Virus record (IMG/VR): IMGVR_UViG_2706794691_000001
Source: a virus
Taxonomy: Duplodnaviria > Heunggongvirae > Uroviricota > Caudoviricetes
Length of the DNA stretch: 7,330 nt
Reading direction: 5' to 3' (one strand)
Part shown: piece by piece, positions 6,772 to 7,330 of the stretch
How the letters are laid out: the number at the start of each line of letters is the position of its first letter
How positions within the stretch are numbered: the stretch's first letter is position 1
Program-made: the position numbers and the translations under genes
The notes under the pieces: generated by a model
What the model saw: the letters and a program-made list of their open reading frames with translations, nothing else
What the model was told of the DNA's origin: nothing
The model's database searches: none

Positions 6772-7242
6772 CTACCCCCCAAGGCATTGGATCCTGATGT
6801 ACTCCTGAAGCATTCTCAATGCTGTCTGGTCGCTGATGATTCCGTCCCGGATACCGAGAACGTTTCGTCCAGCAACTGGAGAGAGTTCGACGGTGGCATC
6901 ATTGCCCATGCCGGAGGCGCTGGAGGTTTCGGCTGAGGATGGCACAGGGCATTTTCCTTTGACGAGCACCCGACCACCATTATCAAGCTTGCGCCGAAGA
7001 GCATCATTTTCAGCTTTCGCATCAGCTAACTCCTTCGTGTATTTAGCATCGAGTGCATCAGCATCACGCTGGCGCTGCTGCATGTCAGTAATGGTTGCGT
7101 TCGCCAGCTTCAGTTCTCTTGCGTTTTTGTCGCGCTGCTCTTTGTAGGTAATGGCGTTATCACGGTAATGATTAACAGCCCATGACAGGCGGACGATGAT
7201 GCAGATAACCAGAGCGGAGATAATCGCGGTGACTCTGCTCAT
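6772..7242 (-). CDS. Rz: Spanin, inner-membrane subunit (Rz / i-spanin), 156 aa.
   Basis: N-terminal ~85 aa ([77 protein letters not shown]) is near-identical to lambda/DLP12 Rz as I recall it; the C-terminal part diverges. ATG at 7242..7240 overlaps the endolysin stop (ATGA). The track's 7254 start is a GTG and is not preferred. Rz1 is embedded in the +1 frame. Confidence 0.85.
   Translation of the reverse strand: MSRVTAIISALVICIIVRLSWAVNHYRDNAITYKEQRDKNARELKLANATITDMQQRQRDADALDAKYTKELADAKAENDALRRKLDNGGRVLVKGKCPVPSSAETSSASGMGNDATVELSPVAGRNVLGIRDGIISDQTALRMLQEYIRIQCLGG
6816..7022 (-). CDS. Rz1: Spanin, outer-membrane lipoprotein subunit (Rz1 / o-spanin), 68 aa, embedded out of frame within Rz.
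   Basis: ATG at 7022..7020 with an AAGGAG Shine-Dalgarno 7 nt upstream. Translation [39 protein letters not shown]... has a lipobox (VVGC) and the proline-rich segment typical of lambda Rz1 (MLKLKMML...VVVGCTSK...KPPPPPAW, from memory). Confidence 0.8.
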   Translation of the reverse strand: MRKLKMMLFGASLIMVVGCSSKENALCHPQPKPPAPPAWAMMPPSNSLQLLDETFSVSGTESSATRQH

Positions 7243-7330
7243 TGCTGCCCCCACAAACAGACTTCACGCTCAATCTCACGACGGGTCATCAGCCCTTTCC
7301 ATTGCTTACCGCCAGCATATGTCCAGCGAC
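7239..7330 (-). CDS. Endolysin, T4-lysozyme-like (RrrD/R21 type), C-terminal 29 codons only; the 5' part lies beyond the window end.
   Basis: Minus-strand frame ending at TGA 7241..7239 translates [29 protein letters not shown], which matches the C-terminus of E. coli DLP12 lysozyme RrrD as I recall it. Sits directly upstream of Rz with the stop overlapping the Rz start. Confidence 0.8.
   Translation of the reverse strand, partial: RWTYAGGKQWKGLMTRREIEREVCLWGQQ

Noticed and set aside
6836-7147. Plus-strand ORF of 103 aa antisense to Rz/Rz1.
   Set aside because: Shadow ORF opposite the conserved Rz/Rz1 pair; Ser/Ala/Arg-rich low complexity.
7243-7254. Extended Rz start (the track begins the ORF at 7254).
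   Set aside because: The codon at 7254..7252 is GTG, and the extension (MGAA) is absent from lambda Rz as I recall it. ATG 7242, overlapping the endolysin stop, is preferred.
1-7330. Scan for CRISPR repeats, tRNA-like structures, integrase/attachment sites and insertion-sequence inverted repeats.
   Set aside because: No regularly spaced direct repeats, no tRNA-like cloverleaf candidates and no transposase or integrase-like ORFs were apparent by eye. The window appears to be purely a late-operon segment.

Overview
This window looks like the late region of a lambdoid-type prophage or phage, with all but one gene on the minus strand. Reading the minus strand from 7330 down to 1, it encodes the 3' end of a T4-lysozyme-type endolysin, an Rz/Rz1 spanin pair, terminase small and large subunits, a portal protein, a Mu F-like head morphogenesis protein, a 406-aa protease/scaffold-like protein and a 168-aa structural protein. 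The one plus-strand gene (6174..6683) is AT-rich and sits between the lysis cassette and terS; it encodes a short DedA/VTT-family-like membrane protein and is the best candidate for a novel accessory function. The portal gene is damaged as given: it has an in-frame TAG 58 codons in, and its reading frame changes across both N runs (2742..3017 and 3415..3568). All family assignments come from reading the translations against remembered sequences; no searches were run. No tRNA, rRNA, CRISPR array, integrase or transposase was seen.
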